From: Alteromonadaceae bacterium | GTDB lineage: Bacteria > Pseudomonadota > Gammaproteobacteria > Enterobacterales > Alteromonadaceae | Length of the DNA stretch: 64,000 bases | Assembly: GCA_047621305.1 (NCBI GenBank) | Contig: JBLHNB010000012.1 | Coordinates: forward strand, 11,024-75,023 | Direction: 5' to 3' | In this document: positions 1 through 10,908 of the stretch, one piece after another | Numbering within the stretch: the first letter of the stretch is position 1 | How the letters are laid out: each line of letters opens with the position of its first letter | Translations under genes and position numbers: made by a program | Notes under the pieces: model-generated | Told to the model about the DNA's origin: nothing | What the model saw: only the letters and a program-made list of their open reading frames with translations | Database searches by the model: none

Positions 1-1
1 T

Positions 2-1195
2 GGCCAAAACCTGATCCCTTTAAATCAAGGAAAAATCAAACAAGGTGATACCGTTGAAGTACTTAAAACGAAAACGCCACCTGTTTTTTTTGCTGTAAAG
101 CAACTTAACAAATCATCGACCTTAATAAATAAATCATTAGCGTTAATTAACCGCTCAACAGCAGAGAATTTGACCTTGATTTGTGAAAAAATCATTGATG
201 AAACGCATGACGTAAAAACCTTTATCTTTAAAAATACCCGCGATGAAATCATCACGTATAAAGCTGGGCAACATCTGCCTTTAGCATTAACAATTGATGA
301 TGAAACGGTAAATCGCTGTTACACCTTATCGTCAAGCCCTACTCGACCACATACACTTGCTATTACCGTTAAAAAAATTGTGAATGGCTATATTCAGGGT
401 ACGGCATCAAGTTTTTTTCATGATGTTTTTTTAGTTGGCGATACACTGAAGTGTAAACAGCCGAGTGGAAATTTTCATTTAGAAGATAAAGAAAATAGCA
501 AGGTGTTATTACTCTCTGCTGGCAGTGGCATTACCCCTATGTTAGCAATGCTCAAAGTAATGACAGATCAAGCCATTGCCAATGATGTGGTGTTTTTTCA
601 CAGCGCCCATAGCGAAAAAGATTTAATTGCAGAGCATGACGTAGCAGCGCTTGCTAAGCAACATGGTCATTGTAAAATTCATTATACGTTAACACGATCA
701 TCAAAAGCTGATAGTCAGTATTATCAAGGCCGAATAAGTAAGCAAATACTCACCAACATAACAGATTTAACGCAACGCCAAGTCTATGTTTGTGGCCCTA
801 AGCCCTTTAGAGAACTTGCCAAATCACTATTGCTTACTTTAGGGCTTGATGAAAATCACTATCATGAAGAAAGCTACGGTTTACGATTACAGGAAGAAAT
901 AACGCCTGAGAAAGTAGTAGAGGTAACTAAAAAAATCAACATTTCATTTAATTCTTGGAATAAAAATCATCAAGGTAATAACAAAGACACGTTATTGGAA
1001 CAAGCCGAAGAGAGTGGCATTATGTTACCTTATTCGTGTCGCGGTGGTATGTGTGGCTGCTGTAAAGTAAAACTGGAGCAAGGCAATGTAGAACAACTTG
1101 CTGATGATGGTTTAACCGATAATGAAAAAACACAGGGGTATATTTTAGCTTGCAGCTGTATCCCAAAAACAGACCTTATTATTACGGCTGGTTAA
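2..1195 (+). CDS. MOSC-domain / FAD-NAD(P)H reductase / 2Fe-2S ferredoxin fusion (YcbX-like), 5' truncated by window edge
   Basis: The frame is open from nt 2 (GQNLIPLNQGKIKQGDTVEVL, a MOSC C-terminal motif) into the 170..1195 ORF. It has RCYTLSS (FAD), AGSGITP and VCGP (NAD), and SCRGGMCGCC...LACSC (2Fe-2S). Confidence 0.8.
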   Translation, partial: GQNLIPLNQGKIKQGDTVEVLKTKTPPVFFAVKQLNKSSTLINKSLALINRSTAENLTLICEKIIDETHDVKTFIFKNTRDEIITYKAGQHLPLALTIDDETVNRCYTLSSSPTRPHTLAITVKKIVNGYIQGTASSFFHDVFLVGDTLKCKQPSGNFHLEDKENSKVLLLSAGSGITPMLAMLKVMTDQAIANDVVFFHSAHSEKDLIAEHDVAALAKQHGHCKIHYTLTRSSKADSQYYQGRISKQILTNITDLTQRQVYVCGPKPFRELAKSLLLTLGLDENHYHEESYGLRLQEEITPEKVVEVTKKINISFNSWNKNHQGNNKDTLLEQAEESGIMLPYSCRGGMCGCCKVKLEQGNVEQLADDGLTDNEKTQGYILACSCIPKTDLIITAG

Positions 1196-1237
1196 TTCTC
1201 AGCAGCAAATAAGTATTATCAAACGATAGGAAATACG

Positions 1238-1990
1238 ATGAAGTTAAACTGTGATTTAGGTGAGAGCTTTGGTTCTTGGCATAAAGGTAATGATAGCCAA
1301 ATAATGCCATTAATTGATCTTGCTAATATTGCCTGTGGCTTTCATGCGTCAGACCCTTTGACCATGCACACTACAGTAAAGCTTGCCGTTGAGCACAATG
1401 TCACGATTGGCGCTCATCCCAGCTATCCTGATCTTATTGGCTTTGGTAGACGCTCTATGGCATATTCAGCTCAAGAATTAACGGCAATATTTCATTATCA
1501 AATAGGGGCACTACAGGCTATTTGTAGCTGCCAAGATACTAGGGTAAGTTATGTTAAGCCGCATGGCGCTTTATATAACGACATGATGGTAAACCAAGCA
1601 TTATTTATAACCTTGTGTACAGCGATGGTACAACTCGATACAAACTTACCTTTAATGGTTCAAGCGTTACCGGATACTTCTTTTTTTAGGGAAACCGCCG
1701 ATAAGTTTGGCATCACACTTTGGTTTGAAGCCTTTGCTGATAGAAGATATGACGATAAGGGTTTATTAGTTTCTCGCGAACACATCAATGCAGTTATTCA
1801 TAACGAAGAACAAGTTATCGCTCAATGTAAACATCTACTTCAACATGGTGAACTTATCAGCATCAATGGTAAATTACTTAACATTCATGTTGATAGCCTC
1901 TGTGTTCATGGTGATAACCCTGCGGCAATAGCCTTAGTGACGAGCTTAAATAGAATGCTTAGAGATCATGTGATGAAAGCAAGTGAATAA
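1238..1990 (+). CDS. pxpA: 5-oxoprolinase subunit A (LamB/YcsF family)
   Basis: LNCDLGESFG, ANIACGFHA, YVKPHGALYN and CVHGD motifs. Confidence 0.92.
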   Translation: MKLNCDLGESFGSWHKGNDSQIMPLIDLANIACGFHASDPLTMHTTVKLAVEHNVTIGAHPSYPDLIGFGRRSMAYSAQELTAIFHYQIGALQAICSCQDTRVSYVKPHGALYNDMMVNQALFITLCTAMVQLDTNLPLMVQALPDTSFFRETADKFGITLWFEAFADRRYDDKGLLVSREHINAVIHNEEQVIAQCKHLLQHGELISINGKLLNIHVDSLCVHGDNPAAIALVTSLNRMLRDHVMKASE

Positions 1991-2735
1991 TATGGGTGAA
2001 ACAAAAAAAATTACGTTATCTTATCTTTGTGAAAACGCAGTGTTAGTTGAATGGCCTGAAACCATATGCCCCCAACAGCATCAACAAATCATGTATTTTC
2101 AACAACAAGTAGCAACAACCTTAACTGATCTGATCATCGATTCTGTCGCCAGTTACACAAGTTTAATCCTCTATTATCACTTTGATAAAATCAATAATGC
2201 TCAACTAGATAAATTACTGAAAGCGTTTATAAAAGATCTACCTAGCATCTCCTCGACTCAACAGTCGAAAATAATAGAAATTCCCGTTTATTATGGACAT
2301 GATAGTGGCTGGGATCTTGAATTTGTCGCAGAGCAAACCTCATTAAGTATTGAGCAAATAATCCAATATCATAGCCAAACTACCTACCACGCTTATGCCT
2401 TAGGGTTTACACCTGGATTTTGTTATTTAGCTTCGCTGCCTAAAAAATTACAGCTACCGCGTCGTAGTTCGCCCAGACTTTCCATACCACAAGGAGCCGT
2501 TGCGATTGCTGAACAACAAACCGCTGTTTATCCAATATCGAGTCCGGCGGGTTGGCATGTTATTGGTCAAACCCCGATGCCGATGTTTAGCGTTAAAGAG
2601 TGTAACGATACAACAACCTTTTTACCGACAATTAATGTCGGCCAGCAAGTACGGTTCAAAGCTATTTCTCAACAACACTTTCTCGACTTGGGCGGTATTG
2701 TCAATGGTGAAAGTACAAAAGAACGCACAACATGA
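1983..2735 (+). CDS. pxpB: 5-oxoprolinase subunit B (KipI-like); start may be ATG at 1992
   Basis: EIPVYYG, LGFTPGFCYL, AVYPISSPAGWHVIG; lies between pxpA and pxpC. Confidence 0.88.
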   Translation: MNNMGETKKITLSYLCENAVLVEWPETICPQQHQQIMYFQQQVATTLTDLIIDSVASYTSLILYYHFDKINNAQLDKLLKAFIKDLPSISSTQQSKIIEIPVYYGHDSGWDLEFVAEQTSLSIEQIIQYHSQTTYHAYALGFTPGFCYLASLPKKLQLPRRSSPRLSIPQGAVAIAEQQTAVYPISSPAGWHVIGQTPMPMFSVKECNDTTTFLPTINVGQQVRFKAISQQHFLDLGGIVNGESTKERTT

Positions 2736-3670
2736 ATTTTTTAAGCGTATTAAAACTAAAGGGTCAATGCAGTATTCAAGACTTAGGTCGTTTACATGCT
2801 CAGCATCTTGGTTTTAGCGCCAGCGGTGCCGCTGATGAATATGCATTTTTGTCGGCAAATCAAATGTTAGGTAATCAGCTAAATAGTGCCGCCTTAGAAG
2901 TCATCTTTGGGCAAATCACCTTGCGTACTCAAACTCATTGCACTATCGCTATTACCGGTGCCAACTGCGTAGCAACAATAAATGAAAAAGCAATATCACA
3001 CTGGCAAGTTCACCAATTACAAGCAGGTGATACATTATCTTTATCAATGCCTAAACGTGGCTTAATTACTTATATTGCTGTTGCCGGCGGCATTAAAAGT
3101 AAATTATGGCTTGATAGTCGTAGTCAAACATTAAACGAACAGGTCTTGGGATTTAATGAAGAAAAAATTACGCTTGATAGTAAAATCACCTGTAATGAAA
3201 AATACCAACCAATAACCCCTACGAAAAATATTAAGCAACAGTCTCCTGATAATTTTTATAAACATAACGTACTAACATTGCGCTTTATTCCCCAAAAATT
3301 ATGGCTGGATTTAGATAACGCACAACAACAAAAAGTACTTGAGCAACAGTATACTATTTCATCGAAAAGTAATCGTATGGGCTACCGACTATCTCAATTA
3401 CCACCATCAACTTTAGCTCACATAGCTAATCGCAAGACACTTTCCAAGCCCGTAACCTACGGCACGATTCAACTACCTGAAAGTGGTGAACCGATAATAC
3501 TGATGAAAGAGCGACAAACTATTGGTGGCTATCCTGTACTAGGGAATGTAATACAAACAGATTTGTTTCGCTTGAGTCAACTAAAATCTGGCGAAAAAGT
3601 GATATTGCAACCAACGACATTAATACATGCGCAGCAACAACTTAATGCTTTGTATCAGCGCTTTATTTAA
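2732..3670 (+). CDS. pxpC: 5-oxoprolinase subunit C (KipA-like)
   Basis: IQDLGR, SNRMGYRL, GTIQLP and RQTIGGYP motifs; ATGA overlap with pxpB. Confidence 0.88.
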   Translation: MNFLSVLKLKGQCSIQDLGRLHAQHLGFSASGAADEYAFLSANQMLGNQLNSAALEVIFGQITLRTQTHCTIAITGANCVATINEKAISHWQVHQLQAGDTLSLSMPKRGLITYIAVAGGIKSKLWLDSRSQTLNEQVLGFNEEKITLDSKITCNEKYQPITPTKNIKQQSPDNFYKHNVLTLRFIPQKLWLDLDNAQQQKVLEQQYTISSKSNRMGYRLSQLPPSTLAHIANRKTLSKPVTYGTIQLPESGEPIILMKERQTIGGYPVLGNVIQTDLFRLSQLKSGEKVILQPTTLIHAQQQLNALYQRFI

Positions 3671-3778
3671 CAATTTTATCAATACTAATAAGTTGAAAAA
3701 TTGTCATTAGCCATTTTTTTGTTCACATGATAGAGTTTTGTCATAATAATAAATGACATACCTTTTTGGACATAAATA

Positions 3779-5779
3779 ATGGATTTTTTTAGTCGTTCGA
3801 TAATGCGCCAGCTCGTCGTTGGTATTTCAGCAGCCGTTGGGCTGTTACTCATCATCACCTCTTATTTTATTCTTTCAGATATTAGTGATAAAACAAGAAC
3901 GCAACTTACCACTTCTATTGAAAATATCGTAAAATTCCAATCTGCCGAAGTACGTGGGTTTTTTGAAGCTAAAGGTCAAATTAATCACAGTGTTTTTGCT
4001 AGTCCGCAAGTTGTTGATTGGTTCACCCATTATGATCAACGACTCTCTGATATTGACGACAATAAAAGCTATCAAGACGTGACTAAATACTTCCACTTTT
4101 TTTCTGAAAAAGATCCAGCAATTAAAAGTGTGTTTTTTGGCAGTGAAAATACTCATGAATATTTTGACTTAAATGGCCGCTACACTGATGCAAAATATTT
4201 CACCAATCAGCGCCCATGGTGGGCAACAGGTATTGAAAAAGGCGGTATGTATGTTACTGATCCAGCAGTAGATAATAATGATGGCACGATATCAGCAACC
4301 ATCACAGGTCCTTACTATTTAGCTGATGGTCGGTTACTGGGTATTGGTGGCATTGATATATTAATTACAACCATAGGCAAAGACTTACTCGCCCGCATTA
4401 AATATAAAGGTGAAGGGGAAGCTTTTTTAATGACAGATACTGGAAAGTTGGTTTTTTTTCCTGGCTTTAATGATAAATTTTTACCCGGCAACTTAATGAA
4501 AGAGATCGATAGTAAGTTTGCTCACGCCACTGGTTTTACTGAATTACAACGGCAACTTAGTAATAATCCATCAGGAATGAGTAGTGTACTCTGGAATGAT
4601 CAAGAATACTTGGTTGCCTTTAATGAGGTAAGTAGTGATTACCCTAAAATGAATTGGAAGCTAGGTTTTATGGTACCAAAAAAGCTTATTTCTGATCCGG
4701 TAACTCAAGCTATTTGGTCGTCAAGTTTTGCCGTACTGGTCATTATTGCTCTTGTTGCTATCCTTGTGTGGCTGATGATCTTACCGTTAATTAAACGTAT
4801 TAAACGCTTGCAACTGGCAATGCACGATATTGCCGATGGCGACGGTGATTTAACGCAACGTATTGAACCCATTAAGCATGACGAAATCGGTATGCTCGTA
4901 GATGAATTTAATGTTTTTGTTGATAAAATTCAAAATTTAGTAAAAGAAACGGTTGCGATCACTAAAGATGTTGGCTATTCCTCAACTACAGCAACAGACA
5001 TTAGCCAACAAACAAGCAGTATTATTGAAAAACAAAAAAATGAAATTGATATGGTAGCAACTTCTGCTAATGAGTTAGCCCAAACCAGTGGCGTAATATC
5101 GAGTAATGCTAACCGCTCCAAAGAACTCGCAACCAAAGCTGAACATAAAGTAGCAGAAGGTGCTGCCGTTGTTAATAAAGCAACGCAAGGTATCCATCAT
5201 TTATCTGATAATGTAACTTCTGCTACAACTGTTGTGGGTGAGTTGCGTGAAGGCACTCAAAGCATTGGTGAAGTACTCAGCGTGATAAAAGGCATTGCAG
5301 ATCAAACTAATTTACTTGCACTAAATGCTGCCATTGAAGCCGCTCGAGCGGGTGAGCAAGGTCGCGGTTTTGCCGTCGTGGCTGATGAAGTACGTACGTT
5401 AGCTTCTCGTACTCAAGAGTCAACTAAAAGCATTGAGACGATTATTGACAAGTTACAAAGTAGCGCTATAAATGCAGTTAGTGTGATGGAGAGTAGTCGT
5501 AATGATGCCCAATCAAGTGTTGAATTAACACAGCAAGTACAAACGGTACTTTCAGATCTTACCGCTGTTATTGCTGATATTCAAAGCCAAACACAAGAAA
5601 TAGCCGAAGCGGTTAATGGACAGGCTATGGTCGCAGAAGAAGTATCTAAAAACATTGAAAATGTCAGAGTTCTTACTGACGATACCGTCATTGGCGCATC
5701 AGAAATGCAACATAGCTTAAGTGATTTACAAAAAAACGCTCAAATACTAACAAAAGTCATTAATCAATTTAAGGTGTAA
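3779..5779 (+). CDS. Methyl-accepting chemotaxis protein (Cache-like periplasmic domain, HAMP, MA)
   Basis: Two TM segments, RPWW Cache-type motif, and the hairpin tip [34 protein letters not shown]. Confidence 0.95.
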   Translation: MDFFSRSIMRQLVVGISAAVGLLLIITSYFILSDISDKTRTQLTTSIENIVKFQSAEVRGFFEAKGQINHSVFASPQVVDWFTHYDQRLSDIDDNKSYQDVTKYFHFFSEKDPAIKSVFFGSENTHEYFDLNGRYTDAKYFTNQRPWWATGIEKGGMYVTDPAVDNNDGTISATITGPYYLADGRLLGIGGIDILITTIGKDLLARIKYKGEGEAFLMTDTGKLVFFPGFNDKFLPGNLMKEIDSKFAHATGFTELQRQLSNNPSGMSSVLWNDQEYLVAFNEVSSDYPKMNWKLGFMVPKKLISDPVTQAIWSSSFAVLVIIALVAILVWLMILPLIKRIKRLQLAMHDIADGDGDLTQRIEPIKHDEIGMLVDEFNVFVDKIQNLVKETVAITKDVGYSSTTATDISQQTSSIIEKQKNEIDMVATSANELAQTSGVISSNANRSKELATKAEHKVAEGAAVVNKATQGIHHLSDNVTSATTVVGELREGTQSIGEVLSVIKGIADQTNLLALNAAIEAARAGEQGRGFAVVADEVRTLASRTQESTKSIETIIDKLQSSAINAVSVMESSRNDAQSSVELTQQVQTVLSDLTAVIADIQSQTQEIAEAVNGQAMVAEEVSKNIENVRVLTDDTVIGASEMQHSLSDLQKNAQILTKVINQFKV

Positions 5780-5794
5780 TCACCCTTTCGTAAA

Positions 5795-5831
5795 TCAAAT
5801 CAAGCTTTACGTAAAGGTAAGCTTGATTTGA
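5795..5831 (+). terminator. Hairpin after MCP gene (putative terminator)
   Basis: 13-bp inverted repeat TCAAATCAAGCTT / AAGCTTGATTTGA; no clear U-tract. Confidence 0.5.
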
Positions 5832-5913
5832 ATCAACAAACACACGGCTAAACACCACTTAAAATAACTAATTGATACAAATCAATTATTCTTCATAACC
5901 TCAATGTCAAAAT
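5823..5913 (+). promoter_or_regulatory. Tandem FNR boxes plus extended -10 (FNR-activated promoter of porin gene)
   Basis: TTGAT-ttga-ATCAA at 5823-5836 and TTGAT-acaa-ATCAA at 5872-5885. TGt-CAAAAT at 5905-5913 places the proximal box at about -41.5. Confidence 0.75.
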
Positions 5914-5986
5914 AGTCTCATTCGCTGATAAGTACTAAAAAAAATAGAAGTACCTAGCCTATTACATGAAACATTAGGATATTACT

Positions 5987-7186
5987 ATGAAAATTAACGT
6001 CACTAAATTCTCTCTCTCTTTACTCGCCGCTGCTATCATTTCAACACCTTTGGCATTTGCAGATGAATCCTCTGTAAATTCTGATATAACGAAAGCTTTA
6101 GCAGACAGTAAAGTTAACATAAATTTACGCGCACGCTATGAAGCAGTAGATCAAAATGGCATTAATAATGATGCTAACGCCCTGACTTTAAAAAGTCGTT
6201 TAACATTAAAAACAGGCACTTACAAAGGCTTATCGTTGGCTTTAGAAGTTGACGATATTACTGAAATTATTGATGATTATAACAGCACAGCTAATGGTAA
6301 AACCAACTACCCTGTTGTTGCCGATCCTGCAGGAACAGATATTAACCAAGCTTATTTACAATATAAAACAGAAAGCTTAACAGCGACGGCTGGTCGTCAA
6401 CGTATTCTTCATAATAATCAACGTTTTGTTGGTGGTGTTGGCTGGCGTCAAAATGAACAAACCTACGACGGTTATCGAGTACAGTTTACAACAACAGATA
6501 AATTTAGTCTTGACTATAGCTACATTCATAATGTTAACCGTATCTTCGGCCCAGATGGCCAAAAAGCAGATTTATCCGGCAATTTACACCTTGCTAACGC
6601 GGCTTTTAAAGTAAATAAAAACCACACCTTATCTGCATTCGCCTACTTGTTAGATTTTGACACAGCCGCCGCTTCAAACGATACCTATGGTGTTTTATAC
6701 CAAGGGGATTTTGGTGCTGTAACGGTTAATTTAAGTGCGGCATCACAAAGTGATACAGGAGATAACCCTAACGATTTTACTGCTAACTATTATAATGCTG
6801 AAATTGGCACAAAATTAGGGCAGATCATCGTGCTTGGCGGTTTAGAGGTATTAGGCAGTGATAACGGTAATGTTGCTTTTGGCACACCACTGGCTACTTT
6901 ACATAAATTCCAAGGTTTTGCTGATAAGTTTTTAGGTACACCAAGTCATGGTGTTGAAGATGTTTATATTACCGCAAAAACAACATTAAATGGTATTAAA
7001 CTAACAGCAACTTACCATAATTTATCTTCAAATGAAGGCAGTATTGATTATGGTACTGAGGTTGACTTAGTTGCCGCTTATAAACTAAATAGCTATGATT
7101 TCTTAGTGAAGTTTGCTAGTTATAACGCGGACGAATTAGGCACAGATACTAATAAATTGTGGTTACAAGTTGCCACTAAGTTTTAG
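5987..7186 (+). CDS. Outer-membrane beta-barrel porin, alginate-export (AlgE-like) family
   Basis: Signal peptide, GRQRI...RFVGGVGWRQNEQTYD and TPLATLHKFQG motifs, C-terminal Phe. Confidence 0.75.
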   Translation: MKINVTKFSLSLLAAAIISTPLAFADESSVNSDITKALADSKVNINLRARYEAVDQNGINNDANALTLKSRLTLKTGTYKGLSLALEVDDITEIIDDYNSTANGKTNYPVVADPAGTDINQAYLQYKTESLTATAGRQRILHNNQRFVGGVGWRQNEQTYDGYRVQFTTTDKFSLDYSYIHNVNRIFGPDGQKADLSGNLHLANAAFKVNKNHTLSAFAYLLDFDTAAASNDTYGVLYQGDFGAVTVNLSAASQSDTGDNPNDFTANYYNAEIGTKLGQIIVLGGLEVLGSDNGNVAFGTPLATLHKFQGFADKFLGTPSHGVEDVYITAKTTLNGIKLTATYHNLSSNEGSIDYGTEVDLVAAYKLNSYDFLVKFASYNADELGTDTNKLWLQVATKF

Positions 7187-7208
7187 AACGCCTCAATTAC
7201 AACTATTC

Positions 7209-7236
7209 AGGCTGAGCTAATGGTTCAGCCTTTTTT
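7209..7236 (+). terminator. Intrinsic terminator
   Basis: AGGCTGA...TCAGCCT followed by a T run. Confidence 0.8.
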
Positions 7237-7348
7237 AAGGAAAGATTAGAAGTATTTGTCGAAAAATTTTGAACTCTGTAAGTTTTTTGATGAATATTTG
7301 TTTATGAGCGATTAGAATAGCCTCGTTTTTCTCGCTAGGTATATTCTT

Positions 7349-7942
7349 TTGATATTGATGATCGATAATTATGATTCTTTCACGTTCAACTTAGTACATT
7401 ATTTTCGTGCGCTGGGTCAAGAAGTTAAGGTTTGTCGAAATGATCAGATCACCTTAGATGAAGTAACCTCGATGGCTCCGCAGTACATAGTTATTTCTCC
7501 TGGCCCCTGCGATCCCGATTCTGCTGGTATATCGTTAGCAATCATTGCACGTTTTGCCGGTATCATTCCGATTTTGGGGGTTTGTTTAGGGCATCAATGT
7601 ATTGCCCAACATTATGGAGCGGTCATCGAAAAATCGCGGCAAGTAATGCACGGAAAAACCAGTCAAATAAGCCATAACAACACGGGGTTATTTGCAACAC
7701 TTAACAACCCTCTTATCGTCACTCGTTATCATTCATTGATTGTTAATAAACATTCTTTACCTAAAGAATTAGAAGTGACTGCTTGGTCTTATGATAAAAA
7801 TGGCAATCAAGATGAAATAATGGCACTTAAACATCGAACATTGCCTATAGTCAGTGTACAGTTTCATCCAGAATCCGTGTTAACAGAACAAGGGCAAGCA
7901 TTGCTAAATAATTTTATTACCTTGTATACTGATACGCCGTAG
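7349..7942 (+). CDS. pabA: Aminodeoxychorismate/anthranilate synthase component II (glutamine amidotransferase)
   Basis: IDNYDSF, SPGP, GVCLGHQ, RYHSL, QFHPES; pabA-argD neighbourhood rather than a trp operon. Confidence 0.85.
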   Translation: MILMIDNYDSFTFNLVHYFRALGQEVKVCRNDQITLDEVTSMAPQYIVISPGPCDPDSAGISLAIIARFAGIIPILGVCLGHQCIAQHYGAVIEKSRQVMHGKTSQISHNNTGLFATLNNPLIVTRYHSLIVNKHSLPKELEVTAWSYDKNGNQDEIMALKHRTLPIVSVQFHPESVLTEQGQALLNNFITLYTDTP

Positions 7943-8008
7943 CTGATACTCTGTATGTTTTAAGTAAACTTAATAATGCAAAAAAATTCATTTAAGTAAC
8001 CGCTTTTT

Positions 8009-8035
8009 TCATACTTAAAGGGTATATGCCGATAA
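8009..8035 (+). promoter_or_regulatory. Possible sigma28 (FliA) promoter of HDOD gene
   Basis: Perfect -10 GCCGATAA at 8028-8035; -35 region (TCATACTT) is a weak match. Confidence 0.4.
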
Positions 8036-8081
8036 GTGTTTATCCATTAATTTTAACAAAATAAGAATATAAATTTCTAGA

Positions 8082-9227
8082 ATGCAAATATTTGAAGACG
8101 ATCCTACTATCTCACCCATTTACCACAGAGCATTGCGCTTGGTTATCAGTAAAGATTTTGCCGAACAAACAAACGGAAAATTTCAGATAACACCTCAACA
8201 AGATGGTGAACAGCATAATCGTCGACGCGAATTATTGGAAGTTGAAGAAGAAACCAATAGAACTAAAATTATCGAACAATACGGCCAATCGCATTTTAAA
8301 GAGCAAATGTTGGCGCAGTTTTATGCCAGAGTTCAAAAAGAAGTTAATCAAGCGCTTGATAATAAAGAAAACCTATATAACAACATACTTAAGGTTGAAG
8401 ATGCTGCCGCATCCATAATGGAGTTATTATCGGTCAAGGCGGCATCAATTAAACGTATCATCCCATTAATTCAAGCGTTACCTTGGCTGGCTGATGAGCT
8501 CATTGCTTTAGTCAATAAACCTCAATATAGAAAACGCGCAGATGTACGAGTAACAGATGCTAGCCTAGCTATCAGTTACATTGGTTTAGATAATCTCAAA
8601 TTGGTTGTGCCTACCTTTATCCTTAAACATTGGTTACCAACGAGTACTTCTCCTTATCCTTTAATGAAACGTAAGTTATGGAATGAAGGCTTATCTATCG
8701 CGTTAGCATCAAGTGTATTAGCTAATCAAGAAGGATTAGATGCTTTTTCTGGTTTTGCCGCTGGTATGTTGAGTAATTTTGGCTTAATTGCCGTTACACG
8801 TTGCTTTGTACATACTTACAATGAAATATATAAAAGAGAGTTACGTGAAGCCCACGAAGCTCGTGATAAAAGACTTCATGATATAATGGTTGAATTTGAC
8901 TCATCACCACAACTATTACACGAACAACTACTGATGCGTAGCAGCCACATATCAGCTGAAATGGTTGAACTGATGCGTTTTGATCGTTTACCTATCACTG
9001 AAATAATGTTTGATTTAGCACATACTACTGACATAAAAAAAATGTGTCCTCTTGCGCGTATCATCACACAAGCTAAAACATACGTTACTTTTCGAAGCTT
9101 AGCCAAAGAAGAACTTATCGATAATGAAGAAGCCTTAGCGCTTTTTTCTGCGGTTAATCTCAGCAAAAAGAATATCTCTTTGTTAAAAAAGAGTGATATA
9201 GATCATATTAAGCTACAATTTAAATAA
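8082..9227 (+). CDS. HDOD domain-containing protein
   Basis: LIALVNKP...AISYIGLDNLK...AAGMLSNFG pattern; position between pabA and argD as recalled for Vibrio-type loci. Confidence 0.7.
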   Translation: MQIFEDDPTISPIYHRALRLVISKDFAEQTNGKFQITPQQDGEQHNRRRELLEVEEETNRTKIIEQYGQSHFKEQMLAQFYARVQKEVNQALDNKENLYNNILKVEDAAASIMELLSVKAASIKRIIPLIQALPWLADELIALVNKPQYRKRADVRVTDASLAISYIGLDNLKLVVPTFILKHWLPTSTSPYPLMKRKLWNEGLSIALASSVLANQEGLDAFSGFAAGMLSNFGLIAVTRCFVHTYNEIYKRELREAHEARDKRLHDIMVEFDSSPQLLHEQLLMRSSHISAEMVELMRFDRLPITEIMFDLAHTTDIKKMCPLARIITQAKTYVTFRSLAKEELIDNEEALALFSAVNLSKKNISLLKKSDIDHIKLQFK

Positions 9228-9325
9228 GTTATTTTTGATTATTTATGAAATACAAAACAGATATGTTCTCCTACATGCCTACCCTACACCTCCTATTATC
9301 GGTCAATTCCCAGACAAAAACAGCT

Positions 9326-9364
9326 ATAATATAGTTATGCACATAAAATGAATAAAACCCTTGG
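9326..9364 (+). promoter_or_regulatory. Possible tandem ARG boxes (ArgR) upstream of ast operon
   Basis: Inner half-sites ATGCA-ca-TAA-aa-TGAAT with the 3-bp spacer typical of tandem ARG boxes; outer halves degenerate. Confidence 0.4.
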
Positions 9365-9568
9365 AGCTCTTGTTTTACAGGGTCTATAGCTATATTCGAC
9401 AAGACAGAGCATGACTATTCTGCCATACTAGAGCCCTGTTTTTTACAAATAGCAATATTAATACTTTGTACTAATATCTATTTAATAAAATTTTATCGTG
9501 TTATCTATTTTGCTACTTATAATAAAGCTATAGTTACATGCTTAAACATATTTCAACCGGAGTTAATA

Positions 9569-10783
9569 ATGACTAACAAGTTTCCTGTAAATCGTGAATT
9601 ATTTGATGATGTAATGGTTCCAAACTACTCACCTTCAGCTGTTATTCCTGTTCGAGGTCTAGGCTCTCGAGTATGGGATCAACAAGATCGTGAATATATC
9701 GATTTTGCAGGTGGTATTGCCGTTAATTGTTTAGGTCATTGTCACCCCGCTTTAGTGGGCGCATTAAAAGAACAAGGCGAGAAGATTTGGCATTTATCGA
9801 ATGTAATGACTAACGAGCCGGCATTACGCCTTGCCAAAAAATTAGTGGATAATACTTTTGCTGATAAAGTCTATTTTGCCAACTCCGGTGCCGAGTCAAA
9901 CGAAGCAGCGCTTAAACTCGCTCGTCGCTGGGCGTTAGAGGTTCACGGTAGCGATAAGACTCAAATTATCGCTTTTAAACAAGGTTTTCATGGTCGCACT
10001 TTTTTTACCGTAACCGTTGGTGGTCAAACAGCATACTCGGATGGCTTCGGTCCAAAACCTGGTGATATCGATCACGCTGAATATAATAATCTTGACAGTT
10101 TAAAAGCCTTAATCTCAGATAAAACCTGCGCTGTAATGATTGAACCATTACAAGGTGAGGGTGGTATTGTTTCACCAACACTAGATTTTATTAAAGGTGT
10201 TCGTGAGCTTTGTAACGAACATAATGCGCTACTTATTTTTGATGAAATCCAAACAGGTGTTGGTCGTACAGGCGATTTATATGCCTACATGGGACTAGGT
10301 GTTGTACCTGATATTTTAACGACGGCAAAAGCATTAGGTGGCGGCTTCCCTATTGGCGCCATGATCACAACAACTGACATCGCTAAACATTTGAAAATTG
10401 GCACGCACGGTAGTACTTACGGCGGCAATCCATTAGCGTGTGCCGTTGGTGAGGCAGCATTTGACGTAGTAAATACACCGGAAGTATTAAACGGCGTAAA
10501 ATCTAAAGCAAAGCTATACAATGACGGCTTAAATGCCATAAATGCAAAATATAATGTCTTTTCAGAAATTCGCGGTAAAGGCTTATTAATTGGTGCTGTG
10601 TTAACTGAAGCGTATCAAGGAAAAGCAAAAGACTTCCTTAATGCTGCTATGGCTGAAGGTCTTATGACGTTAGTCGCAGGTGCAAGTATTATACGTTTTG
10701 CACCCTCTTTAATTATTCCAGACGAAGATATTATTGAAGGTTTAGCACGCTTTGAAAAGGCTGTCGCTACTCTCGTTAGCTAA
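9569..10783 (+). CDS. astC: Acetyl-/succinylornithine aminotransferase (ArgD/AstC)
   Basis: [36 protein letters not shown] (PLP lysine), HGSTYGGNP. Confidence 0.92.
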   Translation: MTNKFPVNRELFDDVMVPNYSPSAVIPVRGLGSRVWDQQDREYIDFAGGIAVNCLGHCHPALVGALKEQGEKIWHLSNVMTNEPALRLAKKLVDNTFADKVYFANSGAESNEAALKLARRWALEVHGSDKTQIIAFKQGFHGRTFFTVTVGGQTAYSDGFGPKPGDIDHAEYNNLDSLKALISDKTCAVMIEPLQGEGGIVSPTLDFIKGVRELCNEHNALLIFDEIQTGVGRTGDLYAYMGLGVVPDILTTAKALGGGFPIGAMITTTDIAKHLKIGTHGSTYGGNPLACAVGEAAFDVVNTPEVLNGVKSKAKLYNDGLNAINAKYNVFSEIRGKGLLIGAVLTEAYQGKAKDFLNAAMAEGLMTLVAGASIIRFAPSLIIPDEDIIEGLARFEKAVATLVS

Positions 10784-10908
10784 GCCCTAAATCAACAAGC
10801 CTAACTTTATGCTAAGCAACTAATATTAAGGGCGTTTATTTGTAGGCAAACGCCTTGTTAGTCTAAATCAGCTAAGTATAAATTTTTTTTACTCATTGAG
10901 AAGCACCT

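Noticed and set aside
5987-7186. Alginate biosynthesis or export system
   Set aside because: No alg genes nearby; it is a stand-alone family member.
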